NCBI GenBank assembly: GCA_965221165.1
Contig: CBDCRP010000002.1
Coordinates: 288,001 to 352,000, forward strand
Direction: 5' to 3'
Length of the DNA stretch: 64,000 nucleotides
From: a bacterium
GTDB taxonomy: Bacteria; UBA8248
The notes beneath the pieces are model-generated. The model searched no databases, was not told the DNA's origin, and saw nothing but the letters and a program-made list of their open reading frames with translations. Position 1 is the first letter of the stretch. Every line of letters starts with the position of its first letter. The translations under genes and the position numbers were made by a program. Below are positions 26,623 to 36,106 of this stretch, one piece after another.

Positions 26623-28209
26623 ATGACCGAATCTTTCGATGGATTGTTCATCGGCGGCGGGCACAACAGCCTGGTATGCGCCGCCTATATGGCCAAAGCC
26701 GGGAAAAAAGTAGCCGTTCTGGAACGCTCCGACGTCGCCGGCGGGGGCTGCTGCACGCACGAAGTCACCCTCCCGGGATTCAAGCACAACCTGCATTCGA
26801 ACTATTACGTGGGTCTGGACAGAAGCCCCATCCTGCGCGATCTGGAACTCCACGAATACGGCTTCAGCCTCATCTTCCCGGAGTTTCAGCAAGGCTGCAT
26901 CTTCAGCGACGAATCGGCGTTCGTCATCCACCGCGACGTCGAGAAGACCGTCAAGTCGATCGAGCGCATCAACAGAAACGACGCGAGAACCTACCGCGAC
27001 CTCCACGTCAAATTCACCGAGGGGATGCTCGACATCATCACCTCCTTCATGTACTGCGCCCCCCTGCCGCCCGAGGAGCTGAAAGAGCGCTTCGCGGGGC
27101 CGCTGGGCCGTGAATTCCTGAGCTATGCGGACCTGAGCATGTACGAGGCAGTCGACCAGCATTTCGAGGACGACAGGCTGCGCGTGCTGTTCAAGCTCTT
27201 TCTCGGCTCCTTCACCCTGGTGAACACGCCTTCGACCGGCTTATTCTTCCCGAGAATCTTCTCGCGCATCGCGAATTTCGCCCTGCCCGTGGGTGGGTCG
27301 GTGAACTTCTCGCGCGCTCTGGAGCGCGTCGTCGAGCGCGGGGGCGGCAAGGTGCTGACCAACTCCGAGGTCCGCGAAATCACGGTCGAAAGCGGGGACG
27401 CCACCGGCGTCATCCTGGAGGACGGCACCCGCATCGATGCCACCGAGTTCGTGGCGAGCGGGGTGAACTGGCCGCTCACGGTGCGCCTGGCCGGGGAGGA
27501 TTATTTCGGGGGCAGGCTCTCCAAGGCGGCGCTCGAGTTCCAGTGGGCGAGCCACGGGCTTTGCACCATCCACCTGGCGCTCAAGGAAGCGCCCGACTTC
27601 AAGGCCGCGAAATACGAGCCCGACATCAACAAGACGTTCAACATCTTCTGGGGCGCGGACTCGACCGAGGAGATCACCGAGTGCTTCGACACGATACACG
27701 AGGGCGAACTGCCCCGGCTCATGGGCAACGGCGGGAGCAACAGCCATTTCGACCCGACCTACTCGCCCGAGGGCACGCACGTGGGCTACTGGTGGCCGTT
27801 TGCGCCCTATGAGCTCAAAGACGGCGGGGCCGAGGCGTGGGACACGAAGCGCGAGGAATACACCGAGCACTTCATCGACTCCTGGACGCCCTATGCGCCC
27901 AACATCAACCACGACAACATCATGGGCAGCTATCTCTATACGCCGCTCGACATCGTGCGCATGAACCCGAACTTCGTACGCGCCAGCCACCACGTGGGCG
28001 CCTACATTCCAGAACAACTGGGCTACAACCGCCCGCACCCGGAGGTGAGCGACTTCCGCACGCCTATCGGAAAACTCTACCTGTGCGGTTCGAGTTCCCA
28101 CGTGGGCGGCGCGGTCACGGGGGCTCCCGGCTACAACTGCGCGAACGCGATAGCCGAGGATCTGGGAGTCGAGCGCTTCTGGGCGCCCGTCGAAGCCATG
28201 ATGGCCTGA
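26623..28209 (+). CDS. Phytoene desaturase-like FAD-dependent oxidoreductase
   Basis: IGGGHNSLV.A.Y Rossmann motif, GGGC.T.E...PGF.H, TPIGKLYLCGSSSH.GG.VTG.PGYN. Confidence 0.88.
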   Translation: MTESFDGLFIGGGHNSLVCAAYMAKAGKKVAVLERSDVAGGGCCTHEVTLPGFKHNLHSNYYVGLDRSPILRDLELHEYGFSLIFPEFQQGCIFSDESAFVIHRDVEKTVKSIERINRNDARTYRDLHVKFTEGMLDIITSFMYCAPLPPEELKERFAGPLGREFLSYADLSMYEAVDQHFEDDRLRVLFKLFLGSFTLVNTPSTGLFFPRIFSRIANFALPVGGSVNFSRALERVVERGGGKVLTNSEVREITVESGDATGVILEDGTRIDATEFVASGVNWPLTVRLAGEDYFGGRLSKAALEFQWASHGLCTIHLALKEAPDFKAAKYEPDINKTFNIFWGADSTEEITECFDTIHEGELPRLMGNGGSNSHFDPTYSPEGTHVGYWWPFAPYELKDGGAEAWDTKREEYTEHFIDSWTPYAPNINHDNIMGSYLYTPLDIVRMNPNFVRASHHVGAYIPEQLGYNRPHPEVSDFRTPIGKLYLCGSSSHVGGAVTGAPGYNCANAIAEDLGVERFWAPVEAMMA

Positions 28210-28254
28210 AGATGAAGATTTGATTTTCGGTTCACGAGGAAAGGACAAAATTTC

Positions 28255-28965
28255 ATGGAACTGATCGACCTCTCACAAACAGTGGCGGCGGGTGGATTCG
28301 AGCGTCCGTTCCACCCCAAGGTGGCGATTGAGCCGATGATGACGCACGAGGAATCCTCCAAGAAATTTCTGGGGAAATTCTCCTTCGCGGCCATGAAGCT
28401 CACGCTTTCGGATCACACCGGAAGCCACGTGGACGCACTGAACCATTACGTGCCCGGAGACGCCCCCTCCATCGACCGGTTGCCGCTCGAGCGCTTCTAT
28501 TCGAGCGCGATTTGCGTGGATTTCTCGGACATAGCGCCCAAGACCTACATCGAAACGGCGGACATCGAGCGCGAACTCGATAATCACGGACTCTCCATCG
28601 AGGAGGGCGACGCCTTCTTGTACCACACGGGCCATTTTGAGAAGTGCTTCAAGAACCCCGACCCCGATGTATGGTGGAAAGAATTTGCAGGACTGAGCCG
28701 GCCCGCCACCGAGTATCTCGCCGATCACGGGGTGCGCAACATCGGCTGTGAGGCGTTTACGATAGAAAACCCCACGCAGATGTTCCCCGAATCGGAAGAG
28801 CCCTACCCCTCCCATCAGGTGTGCAAGGAACGGGGGATGCTCAACACGGAGAATCTGGTGATTCCCAGGCGTCTGGTGGGCAGACGCTTCACCTTTTTGT
28901 GCCTGCCCATCAAGCTCAAGGACGCCACGGGCTCGCCGGTGCGCGCCGTGGCGGTGCTGGACTGA
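28255..28965 (+). CDS. Cyclase family metal-dependent hydrolase (KynB-like)
   Basis: IDLS, HTGSHVDA, ENL, LPIKLKDATGSPVRAVA. Confidence 0.9.
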   Translation: MELIDLSQTVAAGGFERPFHPKVAIEPMMTHEESSKKFLGKFSFAAMKLTLSDHTGSHVDALNHYVPGDAPSIDRLPLERFYSSAICVDFSDIAPKTYIETADIERELDNHGLSIEEGDAFLYHTGHFEKCFKNPDPDVWWKEFAGLSRPATEYLADHGVRNIGCEAFTIENPTQMFPESEEPYPSHQVCKERGMLNTENLVIPRRLVGRRFTFLCLPIKLKDATGSPVRAVAVLD

Positions 28966-28966
28966 T

Positions 28967-29857
28967 CTAGAGGCCGAAGCCGAAGAGCGCGTTCGCGTTG
29001 CCGAAGGCGGCCTTTTCGATCTCCGCCTCGGTGACGCCTCCCCGGCGCATGGCGCGAATCGCCCGGGGGATGCAGTAGAGGTCGTTCGACGTATAGGGGA
29101 TGAGGTCCGAGTTGAGCATCATGCGCCCTGCCCCATGGCGCTTCACCCAATCCACGACGGCGGATGGGGGAATCGGGCGAAGCCGGCTGCCGAGGCTCGT
29201 CGCGCACCACGCGCCCGTCTGTTCGTGAACGAAATCCACTATCGTCTCATCCACGTGGTCGACCACGAGCAGCGCGTGGTCTAACCCTGCCGCGTCGATG
29301 ACTTCCAGATCCATCTTCAGGTAATGGAGCCTGAATTCCTCGGGCGAAACGTCTCCCTGCGTGTCCACGCCGCCCAGGAATTCCTTTGGGTTCTTGTACG
29401 TGGGCGTGTGAAGAATCAGGGGCATTTTAAGCTCCGCCGCAATGCGCGCCTGCGCCTCCAGGCACCTGGCCTGATCTTCCAGACCCCAGGAAAATCCGAA
29501 ATACTGGCCCGGATCGAGACCCACCTCGCCCAGGGCGGCCACCCGCGCGTTCTCCAGATAGCCGGGGAGCGCGTCGATGAGCCTCTCCCAGCCCTCCACC
29601 CGCGTCATCGAACTCACGCCCACGGCGCACATGGCGCGAATATGGTGTTTGGCTTCGGCGGCTTCGGCCATCTTGAGCGGGCTGTCCCAAAGCCTTCGCA
29701 CGTCGTCTGCTCCGGGCGCGCGCCTCCATATCTCGCGGTGCACGTGGGGGTTCCCGCACGAGAGAACCGCGCCCGCCATCCCGCACATTCCCTGGAGTTC
29801 CCAGTCGTCGAAACTGAACCCATGCAGGTGATTGTGGCTGTCGATGAACCTGTCCAT
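28967..29857 (-). CDS. TatD-like TIM-barrel metallohydrolase
   Basis: IDSHNH, ALGEVGLD, LILHTP, VVDH, MLNSD. Confidence 0.8.
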   Translation of the reverse strand: MDRFIDSHNHLHGFSFDDWELQGMCGMAGAVLSCGNPHVHREIWRRAPGADDVRRLWDSPLKMAEAAEAKHHIRAMCAVGVSSMTRVEGWERLIDALPGYLENARVAALGEVGLDPGQYFGFSWGLEDQARCLEAQARIAAELKMPLILHTPTYKNPKEFLGGVDTQGDVSPEEFRLHYLKMDLEVIDAAGLDHALLVVDHVDETIVDFVHEQTGAWCATSLGSRLRPIPPSAVVDWVKRHGAGRMMLNSDLIPYTSNDLYCIPRAIRAMRRGGVTEAEIEKAAFGNANALFGFGL

Positions 29858-29858
29858 A

Positions 29859-30650
29859 TCAAGCCTCTGGCTTTCTCGCCAAAAACACATAGCGGTTGAG
29901 ACTGAAGAAATACTCCCCGCGTTCGCCCAGCGCCATCAAATCCTCCGCCCAGGCTTTCGCCTCTTCCTTCGCCACCCCGCCCTTGCGAATGATGAACGGC
30001 ACGATGACGCTCACCATGGCGTGGCTGTAGTTCTCCGCAGGATACCCCGTATTGAGGAGGGGCAAAACCCTTAAGTCTACAATCTCGAATCCAGCGCGGT
30101 GCAGCAGGGGCGATAATTTTCGGGGCAAATGGGGGTCCGCCAGATGTACGTCCCATGCGGTGAATATCTTCTTCGCGCGCGCGGCGTCCTGCACGTTCCA
30201 CACGAGCGAACCCCAATCGGTATCCATGATGAGGGCGCGGCCGCCGGGCCTCAGAACGCGAAAAAGCTCCGCCAGGGCGGTTTCCATATCGAGGACGTAT
30301 TCATAGACTTGAGAGATGATGGCCGCATCGAAGTCATCATCCTCAAAAGGAAGGCTCACCGCATCGCCTTCCCGGAACGACGCGTGCGGCTGCGATTCGC
30401 ACCGCGCTTCGGCCAGGGCGAGCATGGGCGCGCTTTTATCCACGCCGAAAACAGCGCCCGCCTCCCCCACCATCCGCGCGGCTTCCAGCGTCATGAAACC
30501 GGGGCCTGCGCCCAAATCGAGCACGCGCTCGCCCGGCAGGGGAGCGATCATCTCCAGAAGGGCGTCGCGCTGCGCGACGACGTCCGCCGTCGTGTAGACG
30601 GCCTCCACGCGCCTGGCCGCTTTCTCATCAAATCCGGGGGGCTGACTCAT
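29859..30650 (-). CDS. Class I SAM-dependent methyltransferase
   Basis: VLDLGAGPG, GDAVSLPF, RVLRPGG, DTDW. Confidence 0.9.
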   Translation of the reverse strand: MSQPPGFDEKAARRVEAVYTTADVVAQRDALLEMIAPLPGERVLDLGAGPGFMTLEAARMVGEAGAVFGVDKSAPMLALAEARCESQPHASFREGDAVSLPFEDDDFDAAIISQVYEYVLDMETALAELFRVLRPGGRALIMDTDWGSLVWNVQDAARAKKIFTAWDVHLADPHLPRKLSPLLHRAGFEIVDLRVLPLLNTGYPAENYSHAMVSVIVPFIIRKGGVAKEEAKAWAEDLMALGERGEYFFSLNRYVFLARKPEA

Positions 30651-30931
30651 ACGCCGATTTCTCTCATCCCACAGATGTCATGAATGAAAGGCCCAAGTGT
30701 CCTCGCCCGCGCCGGGGGAAGTCAAGCGCTTCGGGCGTCTTCAACAACAAGGGATTTCCTCATCACGGGGCGTCTCGTGTGAGAAATCCTCCAAAATGAG
30801 GACAGGAAACCGAGCGGAGCGCCCTCCCCTTTTCGCTCGGATGGGCCGCTCGGCATTGACGCGCATTTTCCCCTGAACCTATAAGCCTAGTGAAAGTATT
30901 TTTCGCATTCTCCGTCATCAATGGAAGTCTC

Positions 30932-32128
30932 ATGGCCCCAGCCAAGATATTCAACGTTTTTGCGATTGCGGGCAGCCACGCCATCAACGCCTTCTACACG
31001 CAGCTTCTGATACCCGTGCTCCCGCTCATCGTCGCGGAATTCGAGCTCAACTACGTGCAGGCGGGCCTCATCGTGACGACCTACTCGGTGGCGAACAGCG
31101 TCTTTCAGTTCCCCCTTTCCTTCATATCGGACTACACCCGGCGCTGGCGTACCGTCCTGGCCCTCTCACTCCTCACCCAGGCGCTGCCCGTTCTGCTCTA
31201 CGGCTACGCGGAGAACTACTCCTTGCTGCTGTTGTTCGTCTTCATCGGCGGAATCGGGAGCGCGGCCTATCATCCGCCGGCCGTCGCGCTCATCACGCGC
31301 GAACTGCCCGATAGGCGCGGGTTCTGCACGGGCCTGTTCAACGGCGGGGGCGAAATGGGGAACATCATCTCGCCCGCCATCGTCGGCTGGCTCGCCGTCT
31401 ATCTGGCGAGTTGGCGCCTCGCGGCGCAGTTCTACGTCATACCCGGCGTCTTATGGGCGGCGCTCATCTGGTTTCGTTTTCAGGATCAGATGGGAGAGCG
31501 CGTGCCCTTCCGCCAGGCGGCGAGGTCCACTTTCGGCGCCTTGTTCGGCAACAAGTCTTTGATGCTGCTCATCGCCCTCTCCTCGTTCCGGATCATGGGG
31601 TATCGCGGCTTCATGGCCTTTTTGCCTCTCCTTCTGGCGGAGCAATTCGGCTTCGACACCAAAGGGGTGGGCTGGCTGCTCAGCGTCTATTTCCTCATAG
31701 GTTCGACAACGTCCATCCTCATCGGCAGGTGGTCGGACAACACGGGCAGGACCAGGCTCATCGTCGTGCTCACATTCATGTGCGCCATCGCCATGGCCTC
31801 CCTCACGTGGGTCTCGAGCCTCACGACGCTGCTGCTCGCGCTTTTTGCCGTCGCCTGCATCCTCACGCCGGTGCCGAGCCTCGTGCTGGCGATCGGCACG
31901 GAACTCGTGGACGAGCGGGTGCGCTCGAGTTCGGTGGGAATGATCTATGGCTTCAACGAGGGCGCAAGCGCACTCTCACCGCTCGTCGGTGGCCTGGTGG
32001 CCGAAGCGATGGGCCTTCAAATAGCGTTCAGCTTCTACGCCTCGATGTTCGCCGTCGGCGGATGCATCGCCATCTTCCTGCATAGGCAAAGCGTTCTTCA
32101 GCCCCAGGCGCACGGGGGCAGAATATGA
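30932..32128 (+). CDS. MFS transporter (Fsr-like)
   Basis: About 12 hydrophobic segments, GIGSAAYHP, GRWSDNTGR loop motif. Confidence 0.88.
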   Translation: MAPAKIFNVFAIAGSHAINAFYTQLLIPVLPLIVAEFELNYVQAGLIVTTYSVANSVFQFPLSFISDYTRRWRTVLALSLLTQALPVLLYGYAENYSLLLLFVFIGGIGSAAYHPPAVALITRELPDRRGFCTGLFNGGGEMGNIISPAIVGWLAVYLASWRLAAQFYVIPGVLWAALIWFRFQDQMGERVPFRQAARSTFGALFGNKSLMLLIALSSFRIMGYRGFMAFLPLLLAEQFGFDTKGVGWLLSVYFLIGSTTSILIGRWSDNTGRTRLIVVLTFMCAIAMASLTWVSSLTTLLLALFAVACILTPVPSLVLAIGTELVDERVRSSSVGMIYGFNEGASALSPLVGGLVAEAMGLQIAFSFYASMFAVGGCIAIFLHRQSVLQPQAHGGRI

Positions 32129-33324
32129 GCCGGGCGGGAGAGATCGACGCGAGTCTAGGCACGGAAGGCGCGGCGCAGAAGATTCCCTGGGGGGCGCTCG
32201 CCATCCTGTTCACCGCGCATTTCGTGGTGGACGGCACGGTGAATTTCATAGCACCTCTGCTGCCGCTGATTCGGGAGAAATTTCAGGTCTCACTCTCCAC
32301 GGGCGGCCTGCTCCTTACGTTCGTCTCGATGAGCGCGGCGCTCTCACAACCCGTGACGGCGATTCTCGTGGACCGCTGGCCGGGCCTCCCCTGGCTCGCC
32401 GTGGGGATGGTGGGCAGCGCGCTCTTCATCACCTCCATCGGTTGGGCGCCCAATTTCACGGTGCTCACCATCATGGTCGCCATCGGCGGCTCGATGGTCG
32501 GCCTGTGTCATCCCGACATGGCGTCGCGCGCGGGCGCGCTCTCGGAGCACCGCAAAGGGCTGGTGGTGAGCGTTTTCATCGCCGGAGGGCGCGTGGGCCA
32601 CGGGCTGGGACCCATCATCGCCATCGGCATCGTCTCGCTCGGGGGCATGAAATGGCTCTGGGCGTTCACCCTCGTCGCCTTCGCGATGGCTCTGGCGGTC
32701 AAATATGGACTGCCGGAACCCGAATCGCCCCCCACGAGCGGCGGGAAGGCCTCGATATGGGATTTCGTGGAGGCGCTGCGCTCAGCGGGCACGCCGCTGC
32801 TCCTGCTCTCGGGCGTCACCATTTGCCGCGCCATCGTGAACATCAACTTCATCAGCCTCATACCCTCGCTTTATGCCGAACACGGCATGAGCATCTGGAG
32901 CGGGGGAGCGGCCAGCGCCATCATGTTGATCTCGGGCGCAGTGGGCGTCCTGGCGGGCGGTTTTTTGGGAGATCGTTTCGGAAAAAAAGAGCTTATCGTC
33001 GGCGGTATCGGGCTGGGGGCCTTGTGCGTCTGCGCTTTTTTGATTGCGCCGCCCGAGTGGGGCTTCGTGCTTCTGGGTTTCCTGGGCGTCGCCACCTACC
33101 TCCCGATGGGGGTGACGATGGCCTTCGCCCAGCAACTGATGCCTCACAATCGGGGTCTGGCCAGTTCCATCACGCTCGGCCTCTCGTGGTTCATCGCGAG
33201 CCTTTCGGTCTATCCGATGTCCGTTCTCGGCGAGTGGTTCGGCCTGGCCAACGCCTTCTGGGCGCTGCCCGGCTTTTTCATCGCCGCGTGCGCGTTCGCC
33301 TGCTTCCTGCCGAAAGTCCGCTGA
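32125..33324 (+). CDS. MFS transporter (Fsr-like)
   Basis: HFVVD, HP, GGFLGDRFGKK; ATGA overlap with the previous gene. Confidence 0.88.
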   Translation: MSRAGEIDASLGTEGAAQKIPWGALAILFTAHFVVDGTVNFIAPLLPLIREKFQVSLSTGGLLLTFVSMSAALSQPVTAILVDRWPGLPWLAVGMVGSALFITSIGWAPNFTVLTIMVAIGGSMVGLCHPDMASRAGALSEHRKGLVVSVFIAGGRVGHGLGPIIAIGIVSLGGMKWLWAFTLVAFAMALAVKYGLPEPESPPTSGGKASIWDFVEALRSAGTPLLLLSGVTICRAIVNINFISLIPSLYAEHGMSIWSGGAASAIMLISGAVGVLAGGFLGDRFGKKELIVGGIGLGALCVCAFLIAPPEWGFVLLGFLGVATYLPMGVTMAFAQQLMPHNRGLASSITLGLSWFIASLSVYPMSVLGEWFGLANAFWALPGFFIAACAFACFLPKVR

Positions 33325-33338
33325 CGCCAGCGCGCGCA

Positions 33339-33373
33339 TAAAAAAAGACGGCCCCGAAGAGCCGCCTTTTTTT
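33339..33373. terminator. Bidirectional intrinsic terminator
   Basis: A-tract, GACGGC...GCCGCC, T-tract between convergent genes. Confidence 0.6.
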
Positions 33374-33385
33374 GTTTCGCTTCGT

Positions 33386-34024
33386 TTAAGCCGTAACGGC
33401 CTGCTCGGCGAGCAACTCATCGAGCACACGATCGACTCTGGGCTGCTCCGTCCAACTCGCCTTGTAGGCGATGTTCCCGTCCTTGTCGATGACGAAGACC
33501 ATGTTCGGCATGCGGCCATAGGCGTTCACCACCGTCTCGTCGACGTCATCCACCAGAACGGGAATTTTCATGCCGAATTCCGCCACCAACTCCTTCGCAT
33601 AATCTATCTTGTGCTCGAAAGAAGTGTGCTGGGAGTATTTTTTGAAGTACTTGCGCTCCTGCGCGTGGGGCTCTTTCGAATAGACGACGAAGAACTCGAC
33701 GTCCTTGTCCTCGTAGCGCTCATGCAACTCGTCCATGCCCGGCACCTGCCGGCGGAAGGGAGGTCACGTGATGGCGCCGAACTCCAGGACGACGTTCTTC
33801 TTCCCGCGAAAATCGGCCAAATCCACGAGTTCGCCCGACGTGCTCTCAAGCTTCACCGGAGGCGCGGGCCGGCCGGGTTTCAACTGATCCTCAAACGCCT
33901 TGTGGCGGACCTTTCTGAATCCGCTCATTTCGCGCTTGATCATCAAAAACGGATCCAGATACCAGAGGCTCCACAAGCCTCCCAAAGGGCCGGGCGGCCT
34001 GTCGATATATTCTTCTTTCTGCAT
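33386..34024 (-). CDS. Iodothyronine deiodinase-like / thioredoxin-fold selenoprotein (Sec at UGA 33766-33764), 212 aa
   Basis: ORFs 33764..34024 and 33386..33745 are in the same frame. Read-through gives LEFGAIT-U-PPFRRQ...VYSKEPH...VLVD...YGRMPNMVFVID. AGGAG RBS upstream. Confidence 0.88.
33739..33752 (-). promoter_or_regulatory. Putative bacterial SECIS hairpin
   Basis: CCGGC-AGGT-GCCGG stem-loop starts 11 nt after the in-frame UGA. Confidence 0.65.
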
Positions 34025-34132
34025 CTAACAATCTCCTATAGAATGATGAATGGCGAAAGGAAAAATTAGTCTATTCCCGGGTTTTTGTCGATTCGCCCGC
34101 TGAAGCGGCTTCTGGCGCAAGAGTAGCCGGGA

Positions 34133-34906
34133 CTAGGATGAGCTTGGGCCTCTCTCGAAGGCGCTCCAGTAGACGTCCATCACCCTTTTGAAGCCCACGC
34201 TTTCGAATACGCGCTCGGAAGCCTCGTTTCCCCCCACGATGTAGCAATACGCCTCGCGCCCCCTGGCGAATCGCTCCTCGACCAGGGCGGACACCACCAC
34301 GCGCGCGAGGCCCTGGCCGCGGAAGCGACCCATCGTGTGCAGCATGCCGAGCGAACCGTTCGCATGAACCACCATGTAGGAGGCGAGTTCGCCGCCGATG
34401 CGTATCGCCGCCGTCGACCCGTTTTGGATTCTCGCCAGGGCGTATTCCTCCCCCTGGTCGTAGGGTGAATTCTCGGCCAGCATCTTCGCATCCTCAGTTA
34501 GCAGGCTTTCGATGCGGTGCGTGCTGAAGACGGGCCTGAAATCCTTTTTCTCGAGAATGAACATGCCCACGGGCGAACCCCGGATGAGTTTTCTTCGCCT
34601 CTCAACTGCCTTTTGAATCTCGATCGGGACGGAGGAGAGCTTGAGATAGCCCTCGCTCCGCTCCATCTGGGCCGATAGGCGCTCCATCTCTTCGAGTTTC
34701 GAGAGGACGGCTTCAGGAGGCCCCAGCGGCGTGAGCCAGCCGCGCCCAGCGTTCACCGCCATCTGCGGCGCGGCGAGGTCGTCCACCCAGAGGGAGAGGG
34801 ATTCTCCCCCCTCGGCGATGGCCTCAGAGAAACGCACCCTGAGCGGACCCTGCGCGCTTAAGAATTTTTGGAAAGATCCGCCCTGGGGGTTCTCCAATCG
34901 AAACAA
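34133..34906 (-). CDS. GNAT family N-acetyltransferase
   Basis: LGMLHT..RFRGQGLA acetyl-CoA motif, NEASERVFESVGF. Confidence 0.85.
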   Translation of the reverse strand: MFRLENPQGGSFQKFLSAQGPLRVRFSEAIAEGGESLSLWVDDLAAPQMAVNAGRGWLTPLGPPEAVLSKLEEMERLSAQMERSEGYLKLSSVPIEIQKAVERRRKLIRGSPVGMFILEKKDFRPVFSTHRIESLLTEDAKMLAENSPYDQGEEYALARIQNGSTAAIRIGGELASYMVVHANGSLGMLHTMGRFRGQGLARVVVSALVEERFARGREAYCYIVGGNEASERVFESVGFKRVMDVYWSAFERGPSSS

Positions 34907-35025
34907 TTTCCGCTACACTCCCCTGCTGATGAAAAACGCCGCCCTTTCGGAGGAGTGATTATACCCGCTCATCCTCCCGAATGCAGAGACGGGGAATCTC
35001 AAAACAAAGCGCCTCAGGAGAGAAA

Positions 35026-36099
35026 ATGAAGGAATACCGCATCATCACCATCCCGGGGGACGGGATCGGCCCCGAGCTCATGGAATCCACCACTGCCGTC
35101 CTCGAAGCCGTGCAGGGGGCGGACGAGACCTTGAGGCTGAAACTGGAAGAACATGAAGCGGGAGCCGCCCGGTACGCCAAGCATGGGAAACGCATCAGCG
35201 ATGAAACCATACAGGCTTGCCGCGAGGCGGACGGCGTCCTCAAAGCGCCCGTGGGGAATCCGGCGGTTCGCACGCCGGAGGGCACCGAGGCGGGGCTTCT
35301 GGGCGGAGTTCTGAGAACGGGGCTCGATCTGTTCGCCAACATGCGGCCCGTGAAACTCTACCCGGGCATCCGGAGCCCCCTGGCGGGCTATGAAGCCGGC
35401 GGCATCGATTACGTCGTGATTCGCGAGAACACGGAGGGTCTCTACGCCTCGCGCGACAAGGGAGTCGGCGGCCCCAACGCCGTGGCCGACACCATGATCA
35501 TCACCCGCCCGGGAGTGGAGCGCGTCGTGCGGTTCGCCTTCGAACTCGCGCGTAAAAGAAACGGCGCGCCCGAAGACGGCGTCAGGCGCGTCACCTGCGT
35601 GGACAAGAGCAACGTACTTCGCTCCATGGCCCTGTTCCGCGAGGTATTCTTTGAAGTCGCGGCCGAGTATCCCGAGGTCGAGGCGGAAGCGGTGTATTCG
35701 GACGCCTGCGCCAACCATCTGGTGATTCGCCCGGCGCACTACGACGTGCTGGTGATGGAGAACATGCTGGGAGATTTGCTCAGCGACCTAGGCGGCGCTA
35801 CGGCCGGCGGCCTCGGCATGTGCCCCTCGGGGAACATCGGGGAGAAATTCGCCTTTTTCGAGGCGGTTCACGGCTCGGCCCCCGACATCGCCGGCCAGGG
35901 AATCGCAAACCCTCTGAGCCTCGTTCTCTCCGCCGCCCTCATGCTCGCCCACATCGGGGAGAGCGAAGCCGCGAACCAGATAGAAACCAGTGTGTGGGAA
36001 GCGCTCGAGGCCGGGGAGATTCGCCTGGACGGCAAAGGACGCTCCATCGACGGCACCAAAGCCATCACCGATGCGGTGTGCGCCCGCCTGAGGGGATGA
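35026..36099 (+). CDS. Isocitrate/isopropylmalate dehydrogenase family protein
   Basis: IPGDGIGPE, LFANMRP, RENTEGLY, DKSNVL, NMLGDLLSD, FEAVHGSAPDIAGQGIANP. Substrate uncertain. Confidence 0.92.
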   Translation: MKEYRIITIPGDGIGPELMESTTAVLEAVQGADETLRLKLEEHEAGAARYAKHGKRISDETIQACREADGVLKAPVGNPAVRTPEGTEAGLLGGVLRTGLDLFANMRPVKLYPGIRSPLAGYEAGGIDYVVIRENTEGLYASRDKGVGGPNAVADTMIITRPGVERVVRFAFELARKRNGAPEDGVRRVTCVDKSNVLRSMALFREVFFEVAAEYPEVEAEAVYSDACANHLVIRPAHYDVLVMENMLGDLLSDLGGATAGGLGMCPSGNIGEKFAFFEAVHGSAPDIAGQGIANPLSLVLSAALMLAHIGESEAANQIETSVWEALEAGEIRLDGKGRSIDGTKAITDAVCARLRG

Positions 36100-36106
36100 G
36101 TGCAGG

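Noticed and set aside
26623-28209. Carotenoid biosynthesis gene crtI
   Set aside because: No crtB/crtE nearby; motifs fit the broader uncharacterised phytoene-dehydrogenase-like family.
33764-33766. Pseudogene interpretation of the internal TGA
   Set aside because: The stop falls exactly at the catalytic Sec/Cys position, has a correctly placed hairpin, and both halves are otherwise intact.
35026-36099. Calling this gene leuB
   Set aside because: Family is certain, but it is not linked to leu genes and could be a tartrate, homoisocitrate or other dehydrogenase.
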